Below, one piece after another: positions 9,194-18,802 of a stretch of 50,559 nucleotides of DNA. Within the stretch, counting starts at the first letter, position 1. Each line of letters begins with the position of its first letter. A model generated the notes under the pieces. It was not told the DNA's origin and did not search any database. It saw only the letters and a list, made by a program, of their open reading frames with translations. The stretch is from the NCBI GenBank assembly GCA_048941015.1, contig JBHLNZ010000017.1, forward strand, positions 1 through 50,559, written 5' to 3'. This stretch comes from Promethearchaeota archaeon (lineage in GTDB: Archaea; Asgardarchaeota; Lokiarchaeia; Sigyniarchaeales; SOKP01). The translations under genes and the position numbers were made by a program.

Positions 9194-9940
9194 ATGAATG
9201 ATTCTCAATATCTTTTTTGTGAAGATGATATTCCGATCGTGGTCCCGAAAAGAATGATGATATTCGCAGGTCATCCAGATGATGAAATTATTTCATGTGG
9301 CGGAACAATACTTAAGTACCAAGAATTAGGATCTGAAATAATAGTTGTTATAGCAACGAGTGGTTTAGGTGGATATGCGAAACCAACTCAAAAAGAAAGA
9401 ATTTTGGAGCAAAGACAACATGAATTGAATTTGGTAAAAAAATTTATAAGGGGTAAACTAATCGAATTAAACTATCCTGATTTAGAGATTAATAGAGAGA
9501 TAATTTCTCAGATTACAAATTTAATTAGAGAAATTCAACCCCAAATAATATTACTCCCGCATTTTACAGATTTTCATCGTGTACATCGTAATTTATCATT
9601 TATTACACGAGAAGCGATTTATCACTGTTCTACGGGAAAGGCTTATGGTGGACATGAGAGGAACTGGATTCCTTTAGGAGTCTATTATTATGAATCTCCT
9701 TCATGTAAATTTGAATATATCGAAGGATCCGTATTCGTAATAGTAGATATAGATAAATATTGGAAGAAGAAAAAAGATATCTTTAATAACGTCTATATCT
9801 CTCAAAAAGAAGTCTTACAAAGAGTATTAGATTGGGCAGAAGATACAGCAATTTTAAGAGGAAACGAAATAAATGCCTCTTATGGAGAAGCGTTTATACC
9901 AGAAACTACTTATACGCCATTAAAGATTTTATTAGTTTAA
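9194..9940 (+). CDS. PIG-L/LmbE family deacetylase
   Basis: AGHPDDEIISCGGT metal motif; HFTDFHRVH; YGEAF. Confidence 0.9.
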   Translation: MNDSQYLFCEDDIPIVVPKRMMIFAGHPDDEIISCGGTILKYQELGSEIIVVIATSGLGGYAKPTQKERILEQRQHELNLVKKFIRGKLIELNYPDLEINREIISQITNLIREIQPQIILLPHFTDFHRVHRNLSFITREAIYHCSTGKAYGGHERNWIPLGVYYYESPSCKFEYIEGSVFVIVDIDKYWKKKKDIFNNVYISQKEVLQRVLDWAEDTAILRGNEINASYGEAFIPETTYTPLKILLV

Positions 9941-10059
9941 AGCGCGTCATTTTTGCTAAAATAAGCTTGAATCTTATTAATTTATTAATGTAAAAACAAA
10001 TAGATTAATTGAAAAAATGATTAAATAAAATTGTAATAAAAAAATATTTTTTTTAGATT

Positions 10060-11175
10060 ATGGGCAATTTTACAGTTGTACTAGATATTGGGCAATTTGC
10101 GTCCAAAGTTGGATTTGCTGGAGAAGATACACCAAGTCAGGTATTTTTCACAATTGTAGGAAAACCAAAATATCAACAGATTGATTTTGGAATTGGCGAA
10201 ACCCAAAAAGAAGAATTTTATGTAGGTGATGAAATTCAATCTCTTGGCCTGTATAAAATTTTTTATCCGATTGAAAAAGGAATCATACAAGATTGGATAT
10301 CGTTTGAAAAAATTATCGATTATATTTTTTATAATTTGCGAGTAGATCCAAGTCTAGTTAACGTATTATTTGCTGTCCATCCTCTTTTCCCGTATAAAGA
10401 TTTAGCAAGATTATTTGATCTTTTTTTAGATCATTATCAGTGTAATGCATTTTATCCTGTTTTAGATTCTATGTTAACCCTCTATTCCGGAGGGTTCCAA
10501 ACGGGTTTGGTTATAGAAATAGGAGATAGTATCACCAGAATTGTACCAATTTATGAAGGATATAAGCTAGATCATGCTATTCGCATATTAGATATAGGTG
10601 GTCGAGAATTAACTAAATATATGGAAAAAATACTTGGTGAGATTGGCTATTCTGCAGATTCGTCAATTAGAAGAGAATTAGTTAGAGCTTTAAAAGAAAA
10701 AGCATGTTTCGTATCATTGGATTATAAAGAAGATCTCAAAAGATTTGAACAATATGAAAAACCCTATTCTTTACCAGATGGATCAACTATAACATTAAGT
10801 AGAGAACGATTTGAAGTTCCAGAACTCTTATTCAATCCCTCTTTAGAATTAGAAGTCGATCCTCTGCCACAGGCAATAATGGATTGTATTGAAGATTGTG
10901 ATCTAGATATTCGGCCTGACTTATTAAATAATATTTTTTTATCAGGGGGCTCTTCTATGTTTCCAAATTTAAAATCGAGAATTTATCAAGAATTAGAATT
11001 AGAATTAGCGAGAAGGAAAAAAAAGAGCCAAACAATTAAAATAATAGCGCCAAGAGAAAGAATTTTTTCTGTTTGGGTTGGTGGGTCAATATTAGCCTTG
11101 ATACCAGAATTTTCTAAAAATTGGATAACTCGTGTTCAATATTATAATAAAGGGATTCCAGAAGGATTATTATAA
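10060..11175 (+). CDS. Asgard actin-related protein (divergent, not canonical Lokiactin)
   Basis: VVLDIG..SKVGFAGED.P, YVGDE, YPIEKGII.DW, VPIYEGY, GGRELT.YM, KEKACFV.LDY, YSLPDG, ERFEVPELLFNP, LSGGSSMFP, PRERIFSVWVGGSILA. Confidence 0.95.
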   Translation: MGNFTVVLDIGQFASKVGFAGEDTPSQVFFTIVGKPKYQQIDFGIGETQKEEFYVGDEIQSLGLYKIFYPIEKGIIQDWISFEKIIDYIFYNLRVDPSLVNVLFAVHPLFPYKDLARLFDLFLDHYQCNAFYPVLDSMLTLYSGGFQTGLVIEIGDSITRIVPIYEGYKLDHAIRILDIGGRELTKYMEKILGEIGYSADSSIRRELVRALKEKACFVSLDYKEDLKRFEQYEKPYSLPDGSTITLSRERFEVPELLFNPSLELEVDPLPQAIMDCIEDCDLDIRPDLLNNIFLSGGSSMFPNLKSRIYQELELELARRKKKSQTIKIIAPRERIFSVWVGGSILALIPEFSKNWITRVQYYNKGIPEGLL

Positions 11176-11295
11176 AATATTTAATACTAATACTTATCTA
11201 ATTAATTTGTATTCTATTGATATTACAAGCATATTACACCTTATTAATAATAATATTCTGATATTATATTTTAAAGTAATACATAAAGGTGTATT

Positions 11296-11664
11296 ATTAT
11301 AGAAGATTCTCAAATTCATAATTCAGATGGACATGAAATTATTAAGGAATATTATAAACCTGATTATTCCCAATTATTTAATAAAATTAGAGATATCAAA
11401 ACACCGGTTAAAAACGATATTTTAGTTGGATTACTTGATGGTAATTGGCATTCAGAATTAGATTTAATAAGGATTGCGAAGAGGCAACAAAAATTTATGG
11501 GGGCAGTGACATTAGGTACAATGGTAAATTCTTTAAATCATATCTTAAGAAATGATTACGTAGAAAAGAAAGTGATTGATGGAAAAATGCATTATAAAAT
11601 TTCAGATAATTATGTAGGTTTAACGCGTGCCGCTTACAATAAATATAGATTTAAATTAGAGTAA
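11296..11664 (+). CDS. Unannotated ~120 aa winged-helix-like protein with a probable ATT/ATA start
   Basis: Frame open from 11287 to TAA at 11662-11664: IIEDSQIHNSDGHEIIKEYYKPDYSQLFNKIRDIKTPVKNDILVGLLDGNWHSELDLIRIAKRQQKFMGAVTLGTMVNSLNHILRNDYVEKKVIDGKMHYKISDNYVGLTRAAYNKYRFKLE. AGGTG at 11287-11291. Absent from the ORF track. Exact start is uncertain (11293, 11296 or 11299). Confidence 0.75.
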   Translation: MIEDSQIHNSDGHEIIKEYYKPDYSQLFNKIRDIKTPVKNDILVGLLDGNWHSELDLIRIAKRQQKFMGAVTLGTMVNSLNHILRNDYVEKKVIDGKMHYKISDNYVGLTRAAYNKYRFKLE

Positions 11665-11695
11665 AATTTTGAATTATTTTTGCAATTTTTATTTC

Positions 11696-12172
11696 TTATT
11701 CCTTTTTTAATGATCTTAAAGTAATTATATTAAGTATTAGTATTATTATTGTTAAATAGAAACCTAAACCTATAACAAAAAAAACTTGGGTAAAATCAAT
11801 AAGGATTTGTATCAATATTATAATCCCAAATAAAATAAATAGATAACACAGTAAAAGGATACTTATTTTGTATAATAATTTTGAATTCAAGGTTTTTGCT
11901 TTTGATGTTGAAGCCATTATTAAAATTAATCCTATTAAAATAATTGAAATCCAAATTGTTAAGGCAAGAATACTTTCAGGAAATTGAAGAAGCATTGAGC
12001 TAAATCCAACATTTTCATTTAGAATATAGCCCCAAAAATAGATTTCAGTGTCAATTAAGGTAAAAATTTTGAAATCGATTACCCAATCTTCAGCAGGATA
12101 AATTGGGATTTCACTAAAGATAGCTAAAACAAAAGCAATTAGCCCGCCTATAATTCCTAACTTTCTTGTCAT
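11696..12172 (-). CDS. Four-TM membrane protein (paralogue of next gene)
   Basis: TM1, loop with IYFWG, three further TMs, GLGFYL. Confidence 0.7.
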   Translation of the reverse strand: MTRKLGIIGGLIAFVLAIFSEIPIYPAEDWVIDFKIFTLIDTEIYFWGYILNENVGFSSMLLQFPESILALTIWISIILIGLILIMASTSKAKTLNSKLLYKISILLLCYLFILFGIIILIQILIDFTQVFFVIGLGFYLTIIILILNIITLRSLKKE

Positions 12173-12182
12173 ATTATTAACC

Positions 12183-12728
12183 TTATTCTTTTAAAGGATG
12201 TTTTAATAAAGCAATTAATGCTAAAATACAATTCAAGATTAAAAAATAAAATCCATAGTTCAAATATAGGAATATATCGAAGTATCCAAATTGAATCCCA
12301 AGAATTTCTTGACTATATATGGGGATTCCAATAATTAAATATAAGATAATAATAATATATGCGATGAAACTAAAAGCTGTTAACTTTTTTCCTGTTGAAT
12401 TTTCTTTTTTACTGCCAATAATTGAAAATATTACTATAAAAATAGAAATTACAAATAAGAAGATGAATGCGGTAATATTAATTTCAAACCATAAATAAAG
12501 TTCATCACCATTAATCATACCCCATAAATAAATCTGTTTATCTCCATAACGAACGATTTCAAGCGGAAATTTAACAAACGAACTTAGAACTGGATTAGAA
12601 ATGCCAAAATAATTTAATAACCAAATGGAAGATACACCTTCAACTCCAAAATTTAAACCTAAAGGAATAAATTGTAGAAGAACTAAAATTATAGTAAAGA
12701 TTCCTGACAAAAATCCAAATTTATTCAT
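12183..12728 (-). CDS. Four-TM membrane protein
   Basis: TM1, loop with IYLWG, three further TMs, NYGFYFL. Confidence 0.7.
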   Translation of the reverse strand: MNKFGFLSGIFTIILVLLQFIPLGLNFGVEGVSSIWLLNYFGISNPVLSSFVKFPLEIVRYGDKQIYLWGMINGDELYLWFEINITAFIFLFVISIFIVIFSIIGSKKENSTGKKLTAFSFIAYIIIILYLIIGIPIYSQEILGIQFGYFDIFLYLNYGFYFLILNCILALIALLKHPLKE

Positions 12729-12787
12729 TAAAAAATAACCAACTTTATTTTATTTTAACTAAATATGAAACCTTAATTTTAATTCTT

Positions 12788-14959
12788 TTATTTTTTAACA
12801 CATTTATTTCGATAAATTTTGTAAGATTCACAATTCGAGCAGAATCCTTTCCCATTTTTATTTTTTAAACCCTCTCTCCAACAATCGGGGCATAAAAAAT
12901 ATGTATATACAGAATTTTTTTTCTTAAGAGATACTTTAAAAACATTAAAACCGCATAAAGAACAAGTTGAATTTAACATTTCAATTTTACCGTTTTTTGG
13001 TAGAGATAGAAATTTCTTACATCCTTCATTAGAGCAAACTAAAAATTTTTTATTTTTTAAATTAATAAATTTCATAGTATTCGATTTACAAAATGGGCAT
13101 AGAGAAGTTGTAGAAACAAATTCACGACGAGTTGTGCTACTTAAATTATGTTCTTTAACCTTAAAATTTTTAATATTTTCAAAAAAATTTGGTTTATTCA
13201 ATAGAAATTTATCAAACAAAGTTAAAAATTCTTTTTTTACTTCTGCTATGACATCTTCCATCTTTCGCGCTTCATTTTTTATACTTTCTAGTCTTATTTC
13301 TACACTTTTAGTAAATTCTGGTTTTAAAAAAGGTAGCCATATTTTTATCAAGTTTTTAATTAAAAAACTTCCTAAATCAGTAATAAAATATTGCCCTTTA
13401 GAACGATTTATCAATCTTCTTTTCTGCAAAATATTTATTATCATTGGCCTGGTAGATTTTGTGCCTAAATGATTTTTCTCCATCAATTTAAGCAATGTAT
13501 TATCTCTATATCTCGGAGGAGGTTTTGTTTCTTTTTTATGTAGTAAGATATCTTGAATGGGTATGGTATCTCCATGAATTTGAATATTTGTGTCATAGTG
13601 AGGTTTTAAAAATGGTACTATTTCTAGAAACCCTTGAAAAATCAAAGTAACAATTTCAGCTTTAAAAGGCTCATCTTTAATTAATATCTTTAACCTTTGT
13701 TTTGATTCTGTAGCATCTTCTCCGAATAACGCAAGATAATGTCTTGAAAGGAAATCATATACTCTTTTTTGTAAACTATTTTCTAATCTCGAATCATCCA
13801 ATTCTACACTTTCAAGAGGAGTTATAGGAGGGTGATCTCCTGCATCTTTTTTACCCTTAGTAGGTATCATTCTTTTTTTATTTAAAAGATTATCCGTATA
13901 ACGTCCATATAGGGTATGTTTAGAAAAATCTTTTAAAATATCTTCATGTTTAAAATCTGATTTATAGATATCAGTGTCTGTTCTAGGATAAGATATTAAT
14001 TTATTCAAGTATAAGCTATTCATAATACTTAAAGCAGTTTTTGCTGATATTTTCAGATTTTTTGTTAATAAAATCAATGCTTTTGAGGTATTCAAAGGTG
14101 CTGGAGGAGCTCTTTTTACAAGATTTTTCGAATAATCTAAAATTTGAGCAATTTTTTCACCTTTTATTTTAAGAAATATTTTATTAACTTCACGTTCTTT
14201 ATCTTTAGAAAAAGGATTTTTTTCATGATATGCTTTAAATGTTCCTTTATCATGAATTAAAATTGCATCTAGAGTAAAAAATGGCTCTGGAATGAAAGTT
14301 ATAATCTCTTTTTCCCTTAAATAAATTAAATATAATAAACTTGTTTGAACTCTACCTATTGAAGTGAATTTTACTCTTAATTTAATTAGTAACGGTTTAA
14401 GGGTATTAGTAACTTCTCTTGTTGCTGAAAATCCAATAATCGCGTCTATTATCGCTCTAGCTTCACCAGATTCTGCCCAACTATATTTGGGTTCAATTAA
14501 AGTCTTAAACTTTTTTATTATCTCGCTTTTTTGAAGTGAACTTAACCATAATTGTGAAAATTTAATTTTCGGATTAGACTTTTTAATATAGGGTAAAGCA
14601 TCGAAAATACCAATGTTACATCCCTCAATATCGGCATCAGTGCCAATTATACAATTTTCTGCTGATTTCGAAAATTCTTTTAGTGATTGGATAAAAGGAC
14701 GAGTGCCTTTAATAGGGTATTTTTTTATAGCATCTCCATTAGTAATTATTTCCCGTGGGTTGCTATCCGTCCAACTTTTAAAAGCTTCAGTATTCTTATA
14801 TTCAAGAATATGTCCTCTTAACGGAATAACATACAAATTCATTGAAGATACATGATAAATATTTATCCCTTTATCTCTTTTTAATATTTTAACAGGTCCT
14901 AAAGCTTCCGCTATAGCCTGAGCTGCTTTATTTTTTTCGGAGATTATTATTGTCGACAT
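12788..14959 (-). CDS. topA: Type IA DNA topoisomerase with C-terminal Zn ribbons
   Basis: TOPRIM ISEK, GHI, TDADIEG; SIGRVQT; active site ISYPRTD; DHPPITP; LGTKSTR; Cys pairs at the C-terminus. Confidence 0.95.
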   Translation of the reverse strand: MSTIIISEKNKAAQAIAEALGPVKILKRDKGINIYHVSSMNLYVIPLRGHILEYKNTEAFKSWTDSNPREIITNGDAIKKYPIKGTRPFIQSLKEFSKSAENCIIGTDADIEGCNIGIFDALPYIKKSNPKIKFSQLWLSSLQKSEIIKKFKTLIEPKYSWAESGEARAIIDAIIGFSATREVTNTLKPLLIKLRVKFTSIGRVQTSLLYLIYLREKEIITFIPEPFFTLDAILIHDKGTFKAYHEKNPFSKDKEREVNKIFLKIKGEKIAQILDYSKNLVKRAPPAPLNTSKALILLTKNLKISAKTALSIMNSLYLNKLISYPRTDTDIYKSDFKHEDILKDFSKHTLYGRYTDNLLNKKRMIPTKGKKDAGDHPPITPLESVELDDSRLENSLQKRVYDFLSRHYLALFGEDATESKQRLKILIKDEPFKAEIVTLIFQGFLEIVPFLKPHYDTNIQIHGDTIPIQDILLHKKETKPPPRYRDNTLLKLMEKNHLGTKSTRPMIINILQKRRLINRSKGQYFITDLGSFLIKNLIKIWLPFLKPEFTKSVEIRLESIKNEARKMEDVIAEVKKEFLTLFDKFLLNKPNFFENIKNFKVKEHNLSSTTRREFVSTTSLCPFCKSNTMKFINLKNKKFLVCSNEGCKKFLSLPKNGKIEMLNSTCSLCGFNVFKVSLKKKNSVYTYFLCPDCWREGLKNKNGKGFCSNCESYKIYRNKCVKK

Positions 14960-15084
14960 TAAAGATTTGTTTCCTTAATATTGGTGCTTTTGGAATAATA
15001 TTTTGAAGTTTTGAGATATAAGTAATATTATATCCTTAAATTTCTATTTATTATTAAAGAAATAATCCAAATGAGAGGACTTAA

Positions 15085-17916
15085 TTATCTTTTAAGGGGT
15101 AAAGAAAATTTAAATTCTGCCCCCTTTCCTTTCCCTTCTGAATGAACCGAGATTTTACCTCCATGTGCTTCTATTATACCTCTCGCAATATATAATCCTA
15201 GCCCACTACCTTTCTCAAATGTTGAAAAATTCTCAGCGCTTCTCCCTAATGAGACAAATTTACCAAAAAGCTTGTTCTTTTCTTCTAATGTTAACCCTTC
15301 TCCATAATCTTTAACTTTTACTAAACAGTTATTATTTTCTAATGTAGCTGAAATTTCTATGGTACCTTTTTCTTGCGAGAATTTAATAGCATTAGATATA
15401 ATATTTGATAAAGCTTGTGAAATTCGGAATGAATCAACTTCAAATTTTAAATTTGGATCAATCGCTATATCTAATTTTATATTCTTTTGATTTATTTGAA
15501 AATCTAAGTCTTTAATACATTCTATAGTAATATCTAAAAAATTCTCTTCTTTAAGAACTAGCTCCATTTTTTTTGCATCTATTTTCATAACATCCATCAA
15601 TCTATTTACGTAATTTTCTAGCCTTCTTACATTTCCTAATACTCGATTTAAATCCTCTACGATATCCTTAGAAAGATTTTTCTTTTCTCTCATCAATATT
15701 AAATCTACATATCCTCCAACTGATATTAGCGGTGTTTTTAATTCATGAGCAGCAATACTTACAAAATCTGTTTTTAGTCTATCTAATTCTTTCAATTCAA
15801 TATTCTGTTGTCTTAGAATTTGTTCTGATTCTCTGAGCTTTTCTTCGGCAAGTTTTTTTGCAGTAATATCCTGAGTAATGAGTTGAATGATATATTCTTT
15901 TTCTAATTTAATAGTTGAGAGTTGAGATTCGACCCAGAGAGCCTTGCCTTCTTTATTGTAAATCCTTATGATTTGAGGTTTAACAAATGGCTCCAATTTA
16001 GGTTTTTTTGAGAGTAAAACAGGTATTTCTCTTAATGCAGCTTTTGTATCTTCAGGATATAAACTAAAAAGATTCTTATAATTTTTACCAATTAAATCTT
16101 CTTTATCATAACCAAACAATTTAGTTGTAGATGAATTAATATCAATTATTTCACCATCTAAATTTAGAATTGCTATACTATAGGGTGAACTATTATATAA
16201 ATGACGATATCTTTCTTCTGATTCTTTTAATTCCTTAGTTCTCTCTGAAACAAGATTTTCAAGTTCTCTATTTAATACTCTCAATTTTTCTTCTGATTCA
16301 AGAATCTGCTGTTCAATCTTTTTCCTCTTGGTAATATCTCTTCCTATCGTAATTCCTTTTATTTTTCCATCTTTATCTAAGAATCGTTTTCCTTTCACTT
16401 CAATCCATACATCTTGACCGTTTTTATGTTTTAATAAAATTTCGAGAACGCCTTCTCCTTTTTCAAGCCCTTCAACTAAACTTTTAATTGCGGTTTTTTT
16501 ATAATCAGGATGTACAAAATTTAAGACAGATTTACCGATGATTTCATCCTTAGCATACCCTAAAGTTATCAATAATGGATTTTCATTTATGTATTCAAAC
16601 TTCAATTCTTGATTTAGTACTGAAATTAAATCATAAGCATTTTCAGAGATAAGTCTATATTTCTCCTCAGATTGTTTTAACTGTTCTTCTAATTTGAATT
16701 TTTCGGTTATATCTCTTACAATTCCAAAAAATCCTATCTTTTTTCCTTGAGAATCATACTTGAGATTAACTGAAGATTCTGCAATGACCTTCTCTCCATT
16801 TTTTTTGTAGGTTTCGAACTGAAATGAAGACTGAGCTTCACCTGTTCTAAAAACATCATTATAAATTTGATAAATTCTTTCTTTATATTCTTCATTAGTC
16901 ATTTCCGCATAATATTTACCTAATAATTCATTTTTTTGATAACCTGTGATTTCACATAAACTATCATTGAAAAAAGTAAAATTTCCTTCTAAATCGACCT
17001 CAAAATACCCTTCGCTTATACTTTCTAGAATACTTCGATATTTTTTTTCTGATTCCTTGATTTTTTGTTCAGCCAATTTTCTATCGCTAATATTATTATA
17101 AATTACAAGTATAGCTACAACCTTACCTTTGATGTTATGTAAAGGAATTCTATTTATTTCAAACCAAGATTCACTCCCATTAGATAAATTCCATAACTCA
17201 ATAACACTTTCAGGTTTATCTTCTTTTATTACTCGATATTCTTTTTCTTGAACTAGATTTACATTCCCTTTTAACCAAGGCATTTCTATATCTTTTTTAC
17301 CTACAATAAAATTTGGATCATCTATGTTATTTTCTAAAGCATAATTTTGGTTACAACCTAAATAATTTAAATCAGTATCTTTCCAATATATTAAATGAGG
17401 AATATTGTCAATTACAATATCTAACATCTCTCTTGTTTTATGAAAAGCAGATTTTTCACTTTCAGGTTGTAAAAGCTTCCAGAATCTTATTTCTGGTAAT
17501 GTTTCTGCTAATTGACGTAATTTATTTTCCCTTCCAATCCAATTATTTTCTAACTCTTTAAAATATGATATATCACGTGCTATCATCAAAATCTTAGGAT
17601 TATTATCATCATCTAAGAAACGTTTTCCTTTAACTTCAAAATATCTATAATTATCTTTATCACGTATTCTTATTTGTTCTATTGCTTTTCCCGTCTTTAA
17701 AGCTCTATTAAGAAATTTTATAGTTTTTTTCAGATCCCCATAATGAACAAAATCTGCAATATTTTTTGAAAAACTTGTATACCCTAAGATTTGTTGATGA
17801 ATTTTATCATTTACATATTCACAATCAAAATTATCATTAAGGATGTAAATTAAATCATCTAAATTTTCAGCTAAAATATGACCAACATTATAACTTGCTT
17901 CTGAAATTGATGCCAT
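15085..17916 (-). CDS. Cytoplasmic multi-PAS sensor histidine kinase
   Basis: About five PAS/PAC units; H-box AHELKTPL; N-box NIISNAIKF; D.G.G; GSGLGL; no TM segment. Confidence 0.95.
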   Translation of the reverse strand: MASISEASYNVGHILAENLDDLIYILNDNFDCEYVNDKIHQQILGYTSFSKNIADFVHYGDLKKTIKFLNRALKTGKAIEQIRIRDKDNYRYFEVKGKRFLDDDNNPKILMIARDISYFKELENNWIGRENKLRQLAETLPEIRFWKLLQPESEKSAFHKTREMLDIVIDNIPHLIYWKDTDLNYLGCNQNYALENNIDDPNFIVGKKDIEMPWLKGNVNLVQEKEYRVIKEDKPESVIELWNLSNGSESWFEINRIPLHNIKGKVVAILVIYNNISDRKLAEQKIKESEKKYRSILESISEGYFEVDLEGNFTFFNDSLCEITGYQKNELLGKYYAEMTNEEYKERIYQIYNDVFRTGEAQSSFQFETYKKNGEKVIAESSVNLKYDSQGKKIGFFGIVRDITEKFKLEEQLKQSEEKYRLISENAYDLISVLNQELKFEYINENPLLITLGYAKDEIIGKSVLNFVHPDYKKTAIKSLVEGLEKGEGVLEILLKHKNGQDVWIEVKGKRFLDKDGKIKGITIGRDITKRKKIEQQILESEEKLRVLNRELENLVSERTKELKESEERYRHLYNSSPYSIAILNLDGEIIDINSSTTKLFGYDKEDLIGKNYKNLFSLYPEDTKAALREIPVLLSKKPKLEPFVKPQIIRIYNKEGKALWVESQLSTIKLEKEYIIQLITQDITAKKLAEEKLRESEQILRQQNIELKELDRLKTDFVSIAAHELKTPLISVGGYVDLILMREKKNLSKDIVEDLNRVLGNVRRLENYVNRLMDVMKIDAKKMELVLKEENFLDITIECIKDLDFQINQKNIKLDIAIDPNLKFEVDSFRISQALSNIISNAIKFSQEKGTIEISATLENNNCLVKVKDYGEGLTLEEKNKLFGKFVSLGRSAENFSTFEKGSGLGLYIARGIIEAHGGKISVHSEGKGKGAEFKFSLPLKR

Positions 17917-18131
17917 TTTGGATTAAAACCTGTAATATTTTAATTTTGAATTAAGATATTGTTATATTTTTGTATAAGCTTCTATAATACTAAAATTTTT
18001 GCTAGGAATCAAAAAGACAGATAAATTTAGAGTTAAAACCAATCAAATGATTAAGAGCTACTCAGTAAAATAGTTAAACAGCTTATGAAAAATAATGGTT
18101 AAATAAATAAATCATCTAAATTATTTTATTT

Positions 18132-18737
18132 ATGATAAAATCTCTTTTAAATATCATGTCATTTATTGAACCTTCTTTTGAGATTGATGAAAAAGGCCGT
18201 GTAATATGTCAATCTCATTCATACTTTCCTTTCTTTAAAATACCAAATAAAACGTTTTTTCAAGAGAAGCAAATGGAAAGATTATTAACTTGTAAAAGCT
18301 GTGTTCATTACAATGAGAATGATTGTTATTTCCCTAAGTCTGAAATTGATAAAATAGAGTTAGATCGCTTTGATCGAAAAATTATGATCTGTAAGTTATG
18401 TGGAAATAGAATAGATAGAATGCTTTCAGTAATCCATAAATTATATTATAAAGAGCGATTCAATATTGAAATTCCATTAATTTGTTGTAGATGTTATGAA
18501 AGTTTAAAAAAGAATGAATTCCTTGAAGAATCAAAGCGAAAATCTACACTGCTAACAGCTTATATTTTTTACTTGCTAATTATTTTATCATTTTCATTTT
18601 ATTTAAGAGGATTTGCTTTGGTAATAATGATATTTAGTGTTATTCTTTGGAGCATTCTGTTAATTAATAATTTAAAACGATTAAACCAAATCAGAAAAGG
18701 GAGGAAATATTATGAAAAATATTTTCAAAGTAAATAA
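18132..18737 (+). CDS. Cys-rich (putative Zn-binding) protein with two C-terminal TM helices
   Basis: CQSH, CKSCVH....DC, CKLC, CCRC, then a hydrophobic hairpin and a basic tail. Confidence 0.7.
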   Translation: MIKSLLNIMSFIEPSFEIDEKGRVICQSHSYFPFFKIPNKTFFQEKQMERLLTCKSCVHYNENDCYFPKSEIDKIELDRFDRKIMICKLCGNRIDRMLSVIHKLYYKERFNIEIPLICCRCYESLKKNEFLEESKRKSTLLTAYIFYLLIILSFSFYLRGFALVIMIFSVILWSILLINNLKRLNQIRKGRKYYEKYFQSK

Positions 18738-18802
18738 TGAACTAAGAAGAGTCTCCAATTATTTGGAATTATAAATTCTGCGTAATAAATATTGTTATCG
18801 AG

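Noticed and set aside
9194-9940. Deacetylase as an actin N-terminal deacetylase or GPI-pathway enzyme
   Set aside because: PIG-L/LmbE enzymes act on N-acetyl-sugar small molecules and are common in prokaryotes; adjacency alone is insufficient.
10060-11175. Calling this gene canonical Lokiactin, or Arp2/Arp3 specifically
   Set aside because: Key actin residues and the C-terminus are substituted; subfamily cannot be assigned without a phylogeny.
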